A stretch of DNA of 64,000 nt from Eledone cirrhosa (taxonomy: Eukaryota): the NCBI GenBank assembly GCA_964016885.1, contig OZ024743.1:256060001-256124000 (forward strand), in the 5' to 3' direction. Made by a program: the position numbers and the translations under genes. Position 1 is the first letter of the stretch, and each line of letters begins with the position of its first letter. The notes under the pieces are model-generated. The model saw nothing but the letters and a program-made list of their open reading frames with translations, was not told the DNA's origin and searched no databases. This document shows positions 1 through 11,710 of this stretch, one piece after another.

Positions 1-283
1 ACCATAATAGCTTCATCCACAGCTACTGTTACAACACTTACCATTAACATTTAATGCAAGAACAGCAACTTCGCCCATGTCCGACTTTATCCGTTTTCTG
101 TTAGACCTTTGGTGGTCACGTATAAACTACAAAACAGCTAGTCATTTGACACAGCGGCTCAACACGGCCCTTAGCGCCTCATGTTGTTTCTTGCATGCAT
201 CCTTCTGCTCAATTATTTTTTCACTGATGTGCTCTTTCAGCATTTGTTCTTGCTGATTCAATAATCTGTATCGACTTCCGTCT

Positions 284-689
284 AGGAGGGGAGTATTGTA
301 GTGACCTACATTCCGCGGGCTCACATACATTCTCTGTGCGTGATTTGGCTCAGCTCAGCCAATCAGCGCCAGTAGAAGAGGATGTATCCCTACGCGTCCT
401 GAGGAAGAAATTCCCCGCGAAGATTTGAAGAATCTCTCTCTCGCACCAGGAACTTCGAACCAGCAACACGTACAACATGTGACGGTGAGATTTTGCACCT
501 TAGCCTGCCGGCTTTCCGGCGCAATGGCACATTCCCTTTTGTAACCTCATTTTATGTGTAACTTCAACCATACAAGTTAACCAACATTATTTGTGCTACA
601 ACAAAATAAACATACATTTCTAATTTCTGCTGTTGACATCATTATTATGTTACTCGTGTCTCAATAACATTTATACACCATGCTGCTAA
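284..689 (+). mobile_element. 3' LTR of an LTR retrotransposon (Gypsy-like) with upstream polypurine tract
   Basis: PPT AGGAGGGGAG (284-293) followed by TGTAGTG at 297; AATAAA at ~605; ends GCTAAA (~CTACA) exactly where the LINE reading frame resumes at 690. Confidence 0.55.
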
Positions 690-2738
690 AGACCTATCAC
701 ATGTCTGTCCATAATGTGGAAACTGTTAACAAGCATTGTGTCTGAGGAAATCTACCATCACCTCCACATAAACAACTTGATACAGGACGAACAGAAAGGA
801 TGCTGAAAGAAGTCCCGTGGTACAAAAGACCAGTTACTTATTGATAAGATGGTAATGAGGAATTGCAAGAGGAGACACACTGGTTGTGCCATGCGATGGA
901 TAGATTACAAAAAGGCATTCGACGTGGTACTTCATTCTTGGATAACCAAAAGCCTAGAGATCTTCAAGGTGGTAGATAACATCAGACAGTTGTTGAGAAA
1001 AAGTATGAAGTCCTGGGAAACAGAGTTAACATTGGGTGGAGAATCCTTGGGAGGCGTGAAGATCAGGAGAGGTATCTTCCAGGGAAATAGTTTGTGCCCT
1101 CTGTTGTTTGTCCTTGCCCTGATACTCCTGACCATTATACTGCGAAAAGTGAGAGCAGGATACAAGTTGGGAAAATGAGAGCTTACCATCAATCACCTCC
1201 TCTTCATGGACGATCTTAAACTCTTTGGGAAGTGTGAGAAGGAGTTGGATGTAATTGTTGACACTGCCCGTATTTTCAGCAATGATATATGTATGCAATT
1301 TGGAATTAATAAGTGTGGAGTCCTAGTGATGAAGAGGGGTAAATTGACCAAAAGCAACGGAATTCAGGTACCAACAGGTGAAGGAAATTGACTCTGAAGA
1401 AGGATACAAATATTTAGGTGTTCTGGAGGCAGATGACATCAAGAACAAAAAAATGAAGGAATCGATAAGATCTGAGTACATTAGGAGAGTAAGGAGCGTA
1501 TTAAAATCACATCTAAATAGTAGGAATGTCATAAGTGCAGTGAATTCCCGAGCTGTGTCTATTATTAGGTACAGTGTGGGAATTCTGAAATGGAATGTTG
1601 CTGAACAAAAAGAAATGGATACGAAGACAAGGAAGCTATTGACTATCTACAACATGTTCCACAAGAGGAGTGATGTCGATAGACTCTACTTAAAGAGATC
1701 TGAAGGTGGAAGAGGTCTTATCAGCATAGAGGACTGTGTTCAGATGGAGAAAAACAACCTGCACAAATACGTGACGGACAGTAGGGAGCCAATGCTTAGA
1801 ATTGTCCTGAAGGAGAGGACAATAGACCAGGGGATGTCCAAGGAGCAAATAACAAGAAGGAGGAAGAGCAACCTTCATGAAAAATCCCTTCATAGTACCT
1901 TCTTTAAAAAAACTGAATTTAGAGATCCACAGACATGGAACTGATTAAAAAGAGGAGACCTTAAAAAGGCTACAGAAGGAATGCTAATGGCTGCGCAAGA
2001 GCAGGCACTCAAAACGAAGTGGGTGAAACACCATATTTACAAGGTGGAGGCTAGCCCACTGTGTAGGATCTGTGGAGAGAGAGAGAGGAGACTGTGGCTC
2101 ACATTGTATCCGAGTGTAAACACCTAGCCATGACTCACTATAAAGGCTGGAAACATGATGTGATGGGCAGGGTGATCCACTGGCACCTATGCAAAGTAAA
2201 CAATTTACCACATTCTGAGAAGTGGTATGAGCATAAGCCAGAGGCGGTGATAGAAAACGATCAGGTGAAGGTGCTATGGGATTTTAGGATACAGACGGAC
2301 AAGAAACTGGAACACAATGGGCCTGACCTGGTGGTTTGGGACAAGGAAAAAAGATCGTGCCTGATTGTAGATGTAGCCTGCCAATTTGTCACGAGAGTGC
2401 AGGAAAAGGAGAGGGAGAAAATTAACCGATACCAGGACTTAAAGTGGGAGGTAAAAAGGATTTGGAACTGCCATGAAGTCAAAGTCGTCCTGATTCTCAT
2501 AGGCGCACTAGGTACTATCTCAAAGAGTTTCCAAGGATGGTTAAAGAAAATTAGTCCAGACCCGCTTTTTGGAACACTTCAAAAGGCATGCTTGGTGGGA
2601 ACAGCCTGAGCCCTCCGATACGTCCTGAATATCTGAGGCTGCAGGTAGCTGCTTGATATTCATCTCAACAAACTTTCCAGTTAAATAACATCAATGACTG
2701 AGACTCAAAGAATAACAACAATAATAATAATAATAATT
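690..2738 (+). mobile_element. Decayed R4/Dong-type non-LTR retrotransposon (RT + CCHC finger + restriction-like endonuclease)
   Basis: Frames read [78 protein letters not shown]; several stops and frameshifts; (TAA)n tail at 2713-2738. Confidence 0.9.
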
Positions 2739-3042
2739 TATGTGTGTGTATAAATAAACATATAACATATATGTAATATAGACATGTATAAAAAGCTTAG
2801 ATAAACATTTGATGAATCAACAATGAAATCTAAGGAAATACAATATAGAAATAATAAACAGAAAAAAACACAGGACAAATGTATACACAAAACACAATAA
2901 CAGCAAAAAGAAGCAAGGTATTAAAGGATAATATATGTATAAATATAAATATATGCATGTTTGTCTCTCTCTCTATATATATACATATTTATGTATGTAT
3001 ATTATATATATACCCTTGCAAGAAGGGAAAAGCGTATGTAAA

Positions 3043-3081
<39 letters not shown>

Positions 3082-3099
3082 ATATATATATATATAAAA

Positions 3100-3302
3100 C
3101 GTAGGAATTGTGGTAAGGAACCAGATGGACCATAACGCACCAGAGTACTCAATACTTAGGGTAGTAGAGTGGGTAATAGGAAAAAGTATGACCCCGACGG
3201 CAGAGCTCAAGCCATTTCGACGGCTATTTCTGGACTGAAATAAAACAGAAATAGCCGTCGAAACGGTTTGAGCTCTGCCGTCGGGGTCATACTTTTTCCT
3301 AT
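3100..3302. repeat. Short interspersed element with 57-bp inverted repeat (PLE pLTR-like)
   Basis: Arms 3176-3232 and 3246-3302, 13-nt loop; related copies at 3355-3430, 4465-4550, 45750-45850, 55240-55385. Confidence 0.8.
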
Positions 3303-3481
3303 ATATATATATATCAGGATGGATTCAGTTTGAAACTGTTTAGGCCATTATTAAACAGAGTACTCGGTACTTGGGGTAGTAGAGTATGGAACTAGCTGTC
3401 AAAATGGCATGAGCCATTGGCCCCAGACTATTTATAATATATGTATATATATACTTGTGTGTGTATATATATATATGAGTG

Positions 3482-3512
<31 letters not shown>

Positions 3513-3515
3513 ATA

Positions 3516-4433
3516 CCAAGTACCACCAAACTCTGGGAGGGCTCTGTAGAAACAGTAGAGAGCTTCTGCTACCTAGGTGACCGAATTAGCAGCGGAGGTG
3601 GGTGTTCAGAAAGTACAATAACTAGGGTAAGAACGGGATGGAAGAAGTTCAGGGAGGTACTGCCACTGGTAGCTGCAAAAGGCTTTTCCCTCAAAATGAA
3701 AGGCAGACTGTATGATGCGTGTATCCGAACAGCAATGTTACATGGTAGTGAGAGCTGGGCGCTGAAGGTGGAAGACTTACGTAGATTGGAAAGAAACGAA
3801 GCCTGCATGCTCAAATGGATGTGTAATAGTAATATATGCGAACAGCAAAAATAAATGAATTGAGAGAGAGACTGAGCATAAGAGAAATCAAATGCTATTT
3901 GCAGGAGAGGCGGTTGCGTTGGTATGAACATGTGATGCGTATGAAGGATGACAGCTGCATAAAAAGATGCAGAGCACTAGATGTCAATGGAAACCGCGGA
4001 GAGGGGAGACCCAAGAAGACGTGGGATGAGGTGATAAAAGCCGACCTTACTCTCAAAGGCGATGACACACAACCGTGACCTCTGACGTCACGCAGTAATA
4101 CAGAGTACCCAACCTCCCATGGGTAGAAGTTGAAGCTGAAGCATATAGACAATATGCCCCCACACCTTTCCACTGCAAAGTGGTCATGGAGGTGCCACGG
4201 CGAAAAAGCACCCAGCCCACACTGTAAAGTGAACATGTAGGCGCCACGGAAAAAAGCACCCAGCACTCATTGTAAATGAGGTTGGTGTTAGGAAGGGCAT
4301 CCAGCTGTAGAAATCAAGCCAGAATCAGTTACCGTATGAACAAGACAAGGTCAGCCGACCAGACACTGCCTACAACAGGACAACCCGTGCTAGCGTGGAA
4401 GAACGAACGCAAAACGGTGATGATGATGATGAT
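3516..4433 (+). mobile_element. 5'-truncated RTE-clade LINE
   Basis: FCYLGDRISSGGG, GWKKFRE, LHGSESW, RLRWY.HVMRM, GRPKKTW; conserved 3' UTR GGTTGGTGTTAGGAAGGGCATCCAGC and (GAT)n tail. Confidence 0.9.
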
Positions 4434-4549
4434 ATATATATATATATATGTATATATAACAAAGAAAGTGTAGTAAGATACCAGGCAGACCATGGCGCAC
4501 TAGAGTACTCGATACTTAGGGTAGTAGTGTGGGGTCCTGACTCTTTTCC

Positions 4550-4626
<77 letters not shown>

Positions 4627-4778
4627 ATATATACATATACATAGCTATATGTACACATATGATATACATATTATATATATATATATATATATATATACTA
4701 TTATTATCAACTATTCTTCTAACAACTTCACCCCTCCCTCCTAATATTCTCTATAAAAACCAAACAGGTCCTCAGTAA

Positions 4779-4904
4779 AATTATTCCGATGAAATAACAG
4801 TTGATAATAACATTGAAATATTGAATGTCTGCATAACTAATACTTTGTAGATAGCAGCTGTTTTCGGGTTATGTAACTGTTATAGAAACACGTGTCAATA
4901 AATT
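4779..4904 (+). ncRNA. Type I hammerhead ribozyme in 5' pLTR (core CCGAUGA)
   Basis: TTATT-CCGATGA-a-ATAACAGTT...AACTGTTAT-a-GAAAC-ACGT-GTC-AATAA; palindromic loop 3. Confidence 0.65.
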
Positions 4905-5126
4905 CCTTTTAACTAAACTGTATCCATTAAAATCCTTCTATTTTTCTCCGGATTACTTTTGGAACTACAACTGGAACCGTCGAGCAAACTCTACGTGAGC
5001 TGTCCATCTACTGTGTGTAATATTTATATTACAACACTACGGAAAATACTGTATATTTACCTGCTGTAAAGTCGAGCAACCCACACAGCAAACGCAACCA
5101 CAACAATGTAAAAACACTACCTGGAT

Positions 5127-6914
5127 ATGTCACTCAAAAACATACCAACCCAAGGTAAAAAGGAATACTTATTGAGTATGATTCAAAAATCTAATGAATT
5201 CATTCGACGTGTCAGGTGGAAAACGCTCCACTATGATAGAAGCCGTATGAACTCACCATCGGATAGTGGTGTAAACAACAAATTTGGTTTTAGAACGTGT
5301 AAAAACCCTCCCACCAACCCACTATTAGATGCATTTGAGCAGGACCTTATGGACTTAATCCTTAAAATTAAATTCAAAGGACGTAACACCAACAACAAAT
5401 TACAGAAAGATATTAAAAAACTACTGGACGACCTTAAAAACACCAAAGGAATTGTAGTAAAAGCGGACAAAACATCAAACCTGTATACTATGGACTGCAC
5501 TACATACAACAACTTCATTCGAAAAAAATTACATAAAAAATATAGAAAAACGAATGAAGTAACTCTTAAGCACATCAATGATGAGGCATGCGAAATAGTG
5601 AAAAATCTCGGGATCGAAGATAGGACAGGACCACTCTTACCGGCGGTACCCACCTTCAATCTTAAGGACCATAAGGTAAACTTTGATAATGACCCTAAAA
5701 TTAGATTAATCTGCCCCTCTAAATCAGATATAGGTAAAATAAGCAAATATATCTTAGATAGAATCATCCCCCAAATTAAGGCTAAGGTTAACATTAAACT
5801 CTGGGGGAAGACCCAAGAAGCAATAAGATGGTTTAATAGCATTAGCAATAAGAATAAATCTAAGTTTATCCAGTTTGATATCGACGAATATTACTCATCG
5901 ATATCACCTGAAACTTTGAATAGAGACTTTAAGTTTGCTAAGGATAACTCTGACCTTACAAACGATGAAATTAAGATTATATTAGAAGCTAGGAAAACTA
6001 TAGTCAAATTTGAGAACAGTTATTGGGCACGTAAAGATAGACCCTCTAACTTTGACATAACAATGGGCTCTAACGATTCGGCGGAAATAACTGATATTGT
6101 GGGGTTATTTATCGCCTTTAGACTCCAGGAAAAATTCAGCAATCTCCACGGCGGAATATACCGCGACGATGTTCTCCTCCTAGTTAAAAACCTAAATAAC
6201 CAAAAACCAGAAAAACTACGCAAAGATATAAGAAAACTACTACTCGAAATAGGACTAACTATAACATATGAATACAACCTTAAAGTAGTTAACTTCCTGG
6301 ATGTCACACTCAATTTAAACTCTGGTCTGATTAAACCGTTTCATAAATTGAATGAAAATCTCAAGTACGTAAATGTTGGGTCTAACCACCCCATCTCTAT
6401 AATTAAATCTATCCCTAAAAATATTTCCCTTGGAATCTCGGGTCTATCTTCTAACATACAAGTATTTAAGGAACACGCCGAGTACTACGATAACGCCCTT
6501 AGTAAAGCAGGCTACCTCAACAAAATAGAGTATATAGATGAGAACAATCAAAACACCCAAAATAAATCCCACATAGGTAGATATGATAACACAACACCAA
6601 ACCACACTTACTACCATAGTATACACACCAGTAAACCAACAAACAAAACTAATAGAAAGCGATGCAAAGAGTACTTATGGTATAACCCTGAATACAATAG
6701 TTCCATTAGTACAAATTTACCAGTACTCTTCTTTAAAATAATTAAGAGACATTTTCCTACATCACACAAATACCACAAAATCCTAAACCCTACCACTATA
6801 AGACTGTCATACTCTACAGCGTTAAACCTTGAACAACACATAAAAAAGATCAATACTAGAAGGTTAAACGAAAACACTAAAAACTTAAGTACAAAGAACA
6901 CAAAAAAACAGTAG
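5127..6914 (+). CDS. PLE reverse transcriptase (595 aa); GIY-YIG continues in the -1 frame
   Basis: SLKNIP, RRVRWK, FGF, KADKTSNLY, RLICPSKSDIG, FIQFDI..YYSSI, MGS.DSAEI.DIVG, YRDD, NFLDVTLNL, WYNP motifs. Confidence 0.88.
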   Translation: MSLKNIPTQGKKEYLLSMIQKSNEFIRRVRWKTLHYDRSRMNSPSDSGVNNKFGFRTCKNPPTNPLLDAFEQDLMDLILKIKFKGRNTNNKLQKDIKKLLDDLKNTKGIVVKADKTSNLYTMDCTTYNNFIRKKLHKKYRKTNEVTLKHINDEACEIVKNLGIEDRTGPLLPAVPTFNLKDHKVNFDNDPKIRLICPSKSDIGKISKYILDRIIPQIKAKVNIKLWGKTQEAIRWFNSISNKNKSKFIQFDIDEYYSSISPETLNRDFKFAKDNSDLTNDEIKIILEARKTIVKFENSYWARKDRPSNFDITMGSNDSAEITDIVGLFIAFRLQEKFSNLHGGIYRDDVLLLVKNLNNQKPEKLRKDIRKLLLEIGLTITYEYNLKVVNFLDVTLNLNSGLIKPFHKLNENLKYVNVGSNHPISIIKSIPKNISLGISGLSSNIQVFKEHAEYYDNALSKAGYLNKIEYIDENNQNTQNKSHIGRYDNTTPNHTYYHSIHTSKPTNKTNRKRCKEYLWYNPEYNSSISTNLPVLFFKIIKRHFPTSHKYHKILNPTTIRLSYSTALNLEQHIKKINTRRLNENTKNLSTKNTKKQ

Positions 6915-7426
6915 ACAATACACTACAGAACATAAATAAACCACACCTAAGTTCGTCCGCAATACTACTCCAGAGAAAACCCAACGTACACAACTGTAAC
7001 TGCACCTATCCTGACAACTGCCCCCTCGGCAATAACTGCCTGGAAAAAAATATTATTTATAAGTGTACCATTAAATCCGGAGGTAACGAGTGGTATTACG
7101 TGGGATCAACGGCAACATCGTTTAAATCTCGATTATATAGGCATTCTTACTCAATAAAACACCAGAGCCAAAGAAATGTAACAACTTTAGCAGAAAAAGC
7201 TTGGACGCTCAGGGATAGCGATCAAAAGTTTACCCTAAAATGGGAGAAATTAGCTAAAACCCAAAGCTTTTCCAGGAGCCAAAATTTCTGCAAATTGTGT
7301 AATCTTGAGATCTATTACATAATCACACACAAGAGGAAATTGCTGAATAACAGAATTGAACGAACATTATTCTGCCGTCACCGAACTAAAACCCTTTTTT
7401 CCCACTACAAGCTGAATATTACATAA
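6908..7426 (+). CDS. PLE Cys-rich linker and GIY-YIG endonuclease (frameshifted continuation)
   Basis: Open frame CNCTYPDNCPLGNNCL..IIYKC..YYVGSTATSFKSR..H..CKLCNLE..LLN.R..CRH. Confidence 0.85.
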   Translation, partial: TVDNTLQNINKPHLSSSAILLQRKPNVHNCNCTYPDNCPLGNNCLEKNIIYKCTIKSGGNEWYYVGSTATSFKSRLYRHSYSIKHQSQRNVTTLAEKAWTLRDSDQKFTLKWEKLAKTQSFSRSQNFCKLCNLEIYYIITHKRKLLNNRIERTLFCRHRTKTLFSHYKLNIT

Positions 7427-7702
7427 AAGAGGGATATCCCCCCAACTATATAAACCTCAATCTAGTTAGAAAAATATAAAAATAATCTCTTCTCAACATT
7501 ATTTGTATATTAATAACCTTAAACTACCACACTAATAATGGAAAGATATGCTGATGAGAATAGGTGCAAATATGCTATAATGAATGTGTCTAAAAGCGAC
7601 CATAAGTATGTATATATATGGGAAAAATGTATATAAATAAGTAAATATATATATATGTTTGATGTGTATAGTTAGATGTAAGTGCATTCATGTATTAAAG
7701 TG

Positions 7703-7776
<74 letters not shown>

Positions 7777-8289
7777 GACTGGAGTATGTGTGTATATATG
7801 TGTGTGTCTATATGTGTGTATATAAAGATAAGTTGAGTATGAAAATGTATACACATGAACGCGTATGTATGTACATGTATATATGTGTATATATATATGT
7901 ATGCATGTGTATATGTATGTAAGTATGAGCATGTAAGTATGTGTATGTGAGTATATGTATTTTGTAGAGGTGTGCATATATGTTTGTGTGTGAATGCGTG
8001 GGCGAAAGGATACGTACACTTGAAAGAAAAATTTAAGTCTGAATGTTAATTAAGTGCAAACACAAAACCAACCACGCATATCTATACTATCTCTAATCCT
8101 TCTATAGATTTAGAAAAATAACCAATAATATATTCTATAAAAATGTCAAAACAACAGATGGGAATCTAATTACTCACTGCCACCAAAAATTCTCACTGCT
8201 ATCAAAAAACCACTCCCTCAACTATTCTTCTAACAACTTCACCCCTCCCTCCTAATATTCTCTATAAAAACCAAACAGGTCCTCAGTAA

Positions 8290-8415
8290 AATTATTCCGA
8301 TGAAATGACAGTTGATAATAACATTGAAATATTGAATGTCTGCATAACTAATACTTTGTAGATAGCAGCTGTTTTCAGGTTATGTAACTGTTATAGAAAC
8401 ACGTGTCAATAAATT
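8290..8415 (+). ncRNA. Type I hammerhead ribozyme in 3' pLTR
   Basis: Second copy of the motif at 4779-4904. Confidence 0.65.
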
Positions 8416-8446
8416 CCTTTTAACTAAACTGTATCCATTAAAATCC

Positions 8447-8521
<75 letters not shown>

Positions 8522-8703
8522 ATACAATAACAGAGATAGTTTAAAGCTAAACTCTGACTGGTAACCATCTCACTCAACAAACATTAGGTTATATTAAAAT
8601 ATAAACCCAATTTAAGTGTTTGGGGTGCTAACAATATGTATAATGTGGAAAAACCAGTTGTATTATTTTATGAGATATAATTAAAGTTAAAGTATATCTC
8701 TCT

Positions 8704-8829
8704 TTCCAAACAGTTGTTTCATTATAAGTTTTCTACAAGTTTGGGAGAATGTTTCCAGTTTATGTAGAAGCCTAATATATATTCATGTAAGAATATATTT
8801 AGGTGGGTACTTATAAATCATCAGTGGAA
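8704..8829 (-). ncRNA. Type I hammerhead ribozyme with long stem II
   Basis: Minus strand: TTCCA-CTGATGA-t-TTATAAGT...ACTTATAA-t-GAAAC-AACT-GTT-TGGAA. Confidence 0.75.
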
Positions 8830-9412
8830 GCCCGTTAAACATTGATATAAGAAAACAATTTCTTACCGCTGTCAAAAATCATGTCCATAAAGTTGCTCTC
8901 TCTCGCCTCGAATGACCGCCAAATTTGAAATTCCAGCAGTTTTTGACTGAGGAAGTATCATAGCGACACGAAGCGGGAAGGGGAGACAACCCACGATCCA
9001 CGAAAGGAGGAAAAAAAATAATATACACGCGGGTTAATTAGTTTTTTTGAAAACATTATCAATCCAACGTGTTTAAGAACTCAATTGAAAATAAAAAAAT
9101 AATAAATATATGCTTGTATAAATTACACACGCATATAGATATTTTCTTAGGCTAAATCAGAAGTTGTTCCCGAATAAGAACCGCTTCTCATAACCGCAGT
9201 AAATGCAGAAAGTTATGCTATAAAGGGCAAATGGGAATATAATTCTCCGGCCGAATTATTAAGAGTAAAATATAAAACACACGTGGGTTAATTAGTTATT
9301 TCAAAACCAATATTAATTCCTCGTGTAAAGAACTCAATTAATAAAAGAAAATAAATACATATATGCATGTAATTATATACGTAGGCATATATATATATTT
9401 TCCTAATATACA

Positions 9413-9748
9413 GGAGGCACATGGCTTAGTGGTTAGAGCATTAGCCTTGCAATCAAAAGGTTGTGAGTTCAATTCTCAGACCGGGTGATGTGTGTTTCCT
9501 TGAGCAAGACACTTTATTTCACATTGCTCCAGTTTACTCAACTGTAGAAATGAGATGATAGGGACTGGGGTCCCTATCATTCCACTGCAAAGTGGTCGTG
9601 GAGGTGCCACGGCAAAAAAAGCACCCAGCACTCACTGTAAATGAGGTTGGTGTTAGGAAGGTCATCCAGCTGTAGAAATCAAGCCAAAATCAGTTCCCGT
9701 CCCACCCTTTTAAGCAGGGAAAAGCGGATGTCAAATGATGATGATGAT
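9413..9748 (+). mobile_element. tRNA-derived CORE-type SINE joined to an RTE-like 3' tail
   Basis: A box TGGCTTAGTGG, B box GAGTTCAATTC, CORE-like CCTTGAGCAAGACACTT...CTGTAGAAATG; RTE 3' UTR and (ATG)n at 9581-9748. Confidence 0.75.
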
Positions 9749-9793
9749 ACATGTATATTTGTACACATATGATATACATATTATATATATATA

Positions 9794-9975
9794 TGTTTCT
9801 ACTTTAGGCACAAGGCCAGCAATTATCCAATGCATTACTGGTACTTTATTTTATCGACCCCGTAAGGATGAGAGGCAAAGTCAACCTCGGCGGAATTTGA
9901 ACTCAGATCGTAAAGGGACGTAACTATGCTGGAAAGCATGGCATCCGACCCTCTACCGATACTGCCAATCCACCT
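9794..9975 (-). mobile_element. tRNA-derived SINE with Meta-like core
   Basis: Minus strand B box GAGTTCAAATTC, then TTTGCCTCTCATCCTTACGGGGTCGATAAAATAAAGTACCAG. Confidence 0.75.
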
Positions 9976-9978
9976 TAC

Positions 9979-10028
<50 letters not shown>

Positions 10029-11310
10029 ATATATATCACCTACACATGCCCAACTTTTCTGGAGAGAGAAAAGAGAACTTAAATATTTGAAATTAGTATC
10101 ATAGGAAACAATTACTATAAGAGCTTAAAATAGTACTTTGCTTCATCTTCTCTATGTTGTCTGTGTATCTGTCTATCTCCATAAATCCCCTGCGGCTAAA
10201 TTAGATCAAGAAGAACATTTTTAAAATAGCAGATGTTGTTTTTAATTTTCACTTTTGCAAGACAAGCTATCTTTAACATTTCAAGTGTTTTTTTTATTTT
10301 TATGTATTTATCTATTTATTTATTTTGTGGCTGGCTTCAAAAGAACAGTTAAGTAAACAATAAACTCATACTGTTTCATTGTTGTTGATGATAGTGATGG
10401 TGTATAAGGAAGGTCGGTGTGTGGCAGTATTGCAGTTCTATTTCTATATGTTTATTGTGTATGTTTCATTTTATGTGTTTTTATTTTTTATTAATTTACA
10501 TGGATTCATGATTTTAGCAATGCAAGCATACATGAGTATATATTCATACACACACACGCACATCCCCACTCCAAATACACACAAGCACATATATATATAA
10601 GTATATATGTGTGTGTGTGTATGTGTATATATATATATTTCTAAAGATAAAACAGAATATTCCAACAAACGACTTTTTATGCAAGCAATTATGTCTTTAT
10701 TGGTTAAAATATTAGAAATATTTTGTTGTCTACTTATAAAATTTTGCTAATTATTTGTACGTATTTCTTTTATTTATACCAGTAATCTAGTGCTAAGAAT
10801 TTCTGTTCTATAATCAATATTCTTAATTAGACATTGTTTTATTTTATTTTAGTTTTAGTAGACCTAACATTTGATGGCTGGGATAGACAAGACCCAGAAT
10901 GTCACCTGAGTCAACACCAATATTTATCCCTGGGGTATCTTTAAAGTAGAAAGCTTTTAAAGAAATTGCTGATACAGAATTTATTAAAATTAATTCAAAG
11001 TATTTGTATATTTGTTTCCTGCATAACAACAAACAAGCAGTGAATTAACAGTAATTAGAATATAAGAGAAAATACTCTCTCTGTCTTTTTTCTGGCTCTT
11101 TATGCTCTTAGGTTCAAATCCTTGAGTGTGTGTATGACTTTATGTCCTCTGACTTAGCAGTTCAACAAACAAGCAATGGATTAAAGAAATAAGTACTGGA
11201 GTTGATATTGTTGACTAAATCAATGTAGTGCAGTAGTATGGCAGCAGTTTACTGATTGATACAAGTAAAAGAGTATAACATTTAATTGCACCATTTGAAC
11301 CCTCTGTTAC

Positions 11311-11710
11311 TTGGCAGTATCGGTAGAGGGTCGGACAATATTCTTTGCAGCATAGAGTTACGCCCCTTTACGGTCTGATTTCAAATCCGGTTGAGGTTAA
11401 CTTTGCTTTTCATCTTTACAGGGTCGATAAAATAAAGTACCAGTAATACACTGGGGTGTTTGCTGGCCTTGAGCCAAAAGTAGAAACAGCTATTTACTGA
11501 CACAGAGATGGTGGTGGGTTGGCAGAATTGGTAGAGCATTGGATAAAATGTCATTGTGTTATTTGTTCTGGCTCTTTAAATTTTGTGTTCACATCCAACT
11601 TTTATCAACTTTGCCTTTCATTCTTTCATGGTCAATGAAATAAAGTATCAGTCAACTACTGGATTGCCCTTTCTCTAAAACCACTGATTTTGGGACTAAA
11701 TTAGAAATCA
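11311..11710 (+). mobile_element. Two tandem Meta-core SINE copies (11311-11488, 11508-11710)
   Basis: TTGGCAG head, TTCAAAT B-box remnant, TTTGC.TTTCAT...GGTC.AT.AAATAAAGTA.CAG core. Confidence 0.7.

Larger units (their letters stand above)
4707..8452 (+). mobile_element. Near-complete Penelope-like element (Naiad-type) with two direct pseudo-LTRs, inserted in (TA)n
   Basis: 235-bp direct repeats 4707-4941 and 8218-8452 (2 differences seen) flank an RT + GIY-YIG coding region; (TA)n on both sides. Confidence 0.9.

Noticed and set aside
5127-7426. Selenocysteine recoding as described for some Naiads
   Set aside because: No in-frame TGA in either coding segment; the break is TAG plus a frameshift
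7549-7600. CTGATGAG as a hammerhead core (also 39728 and 399)
   Set aside because: No stem II followed by GAAA and a cleavage triplet with matching stem I
9413-9485. tRNA-like gene
   Set aside because: Runs directly into a SINE core; it is a SINE head
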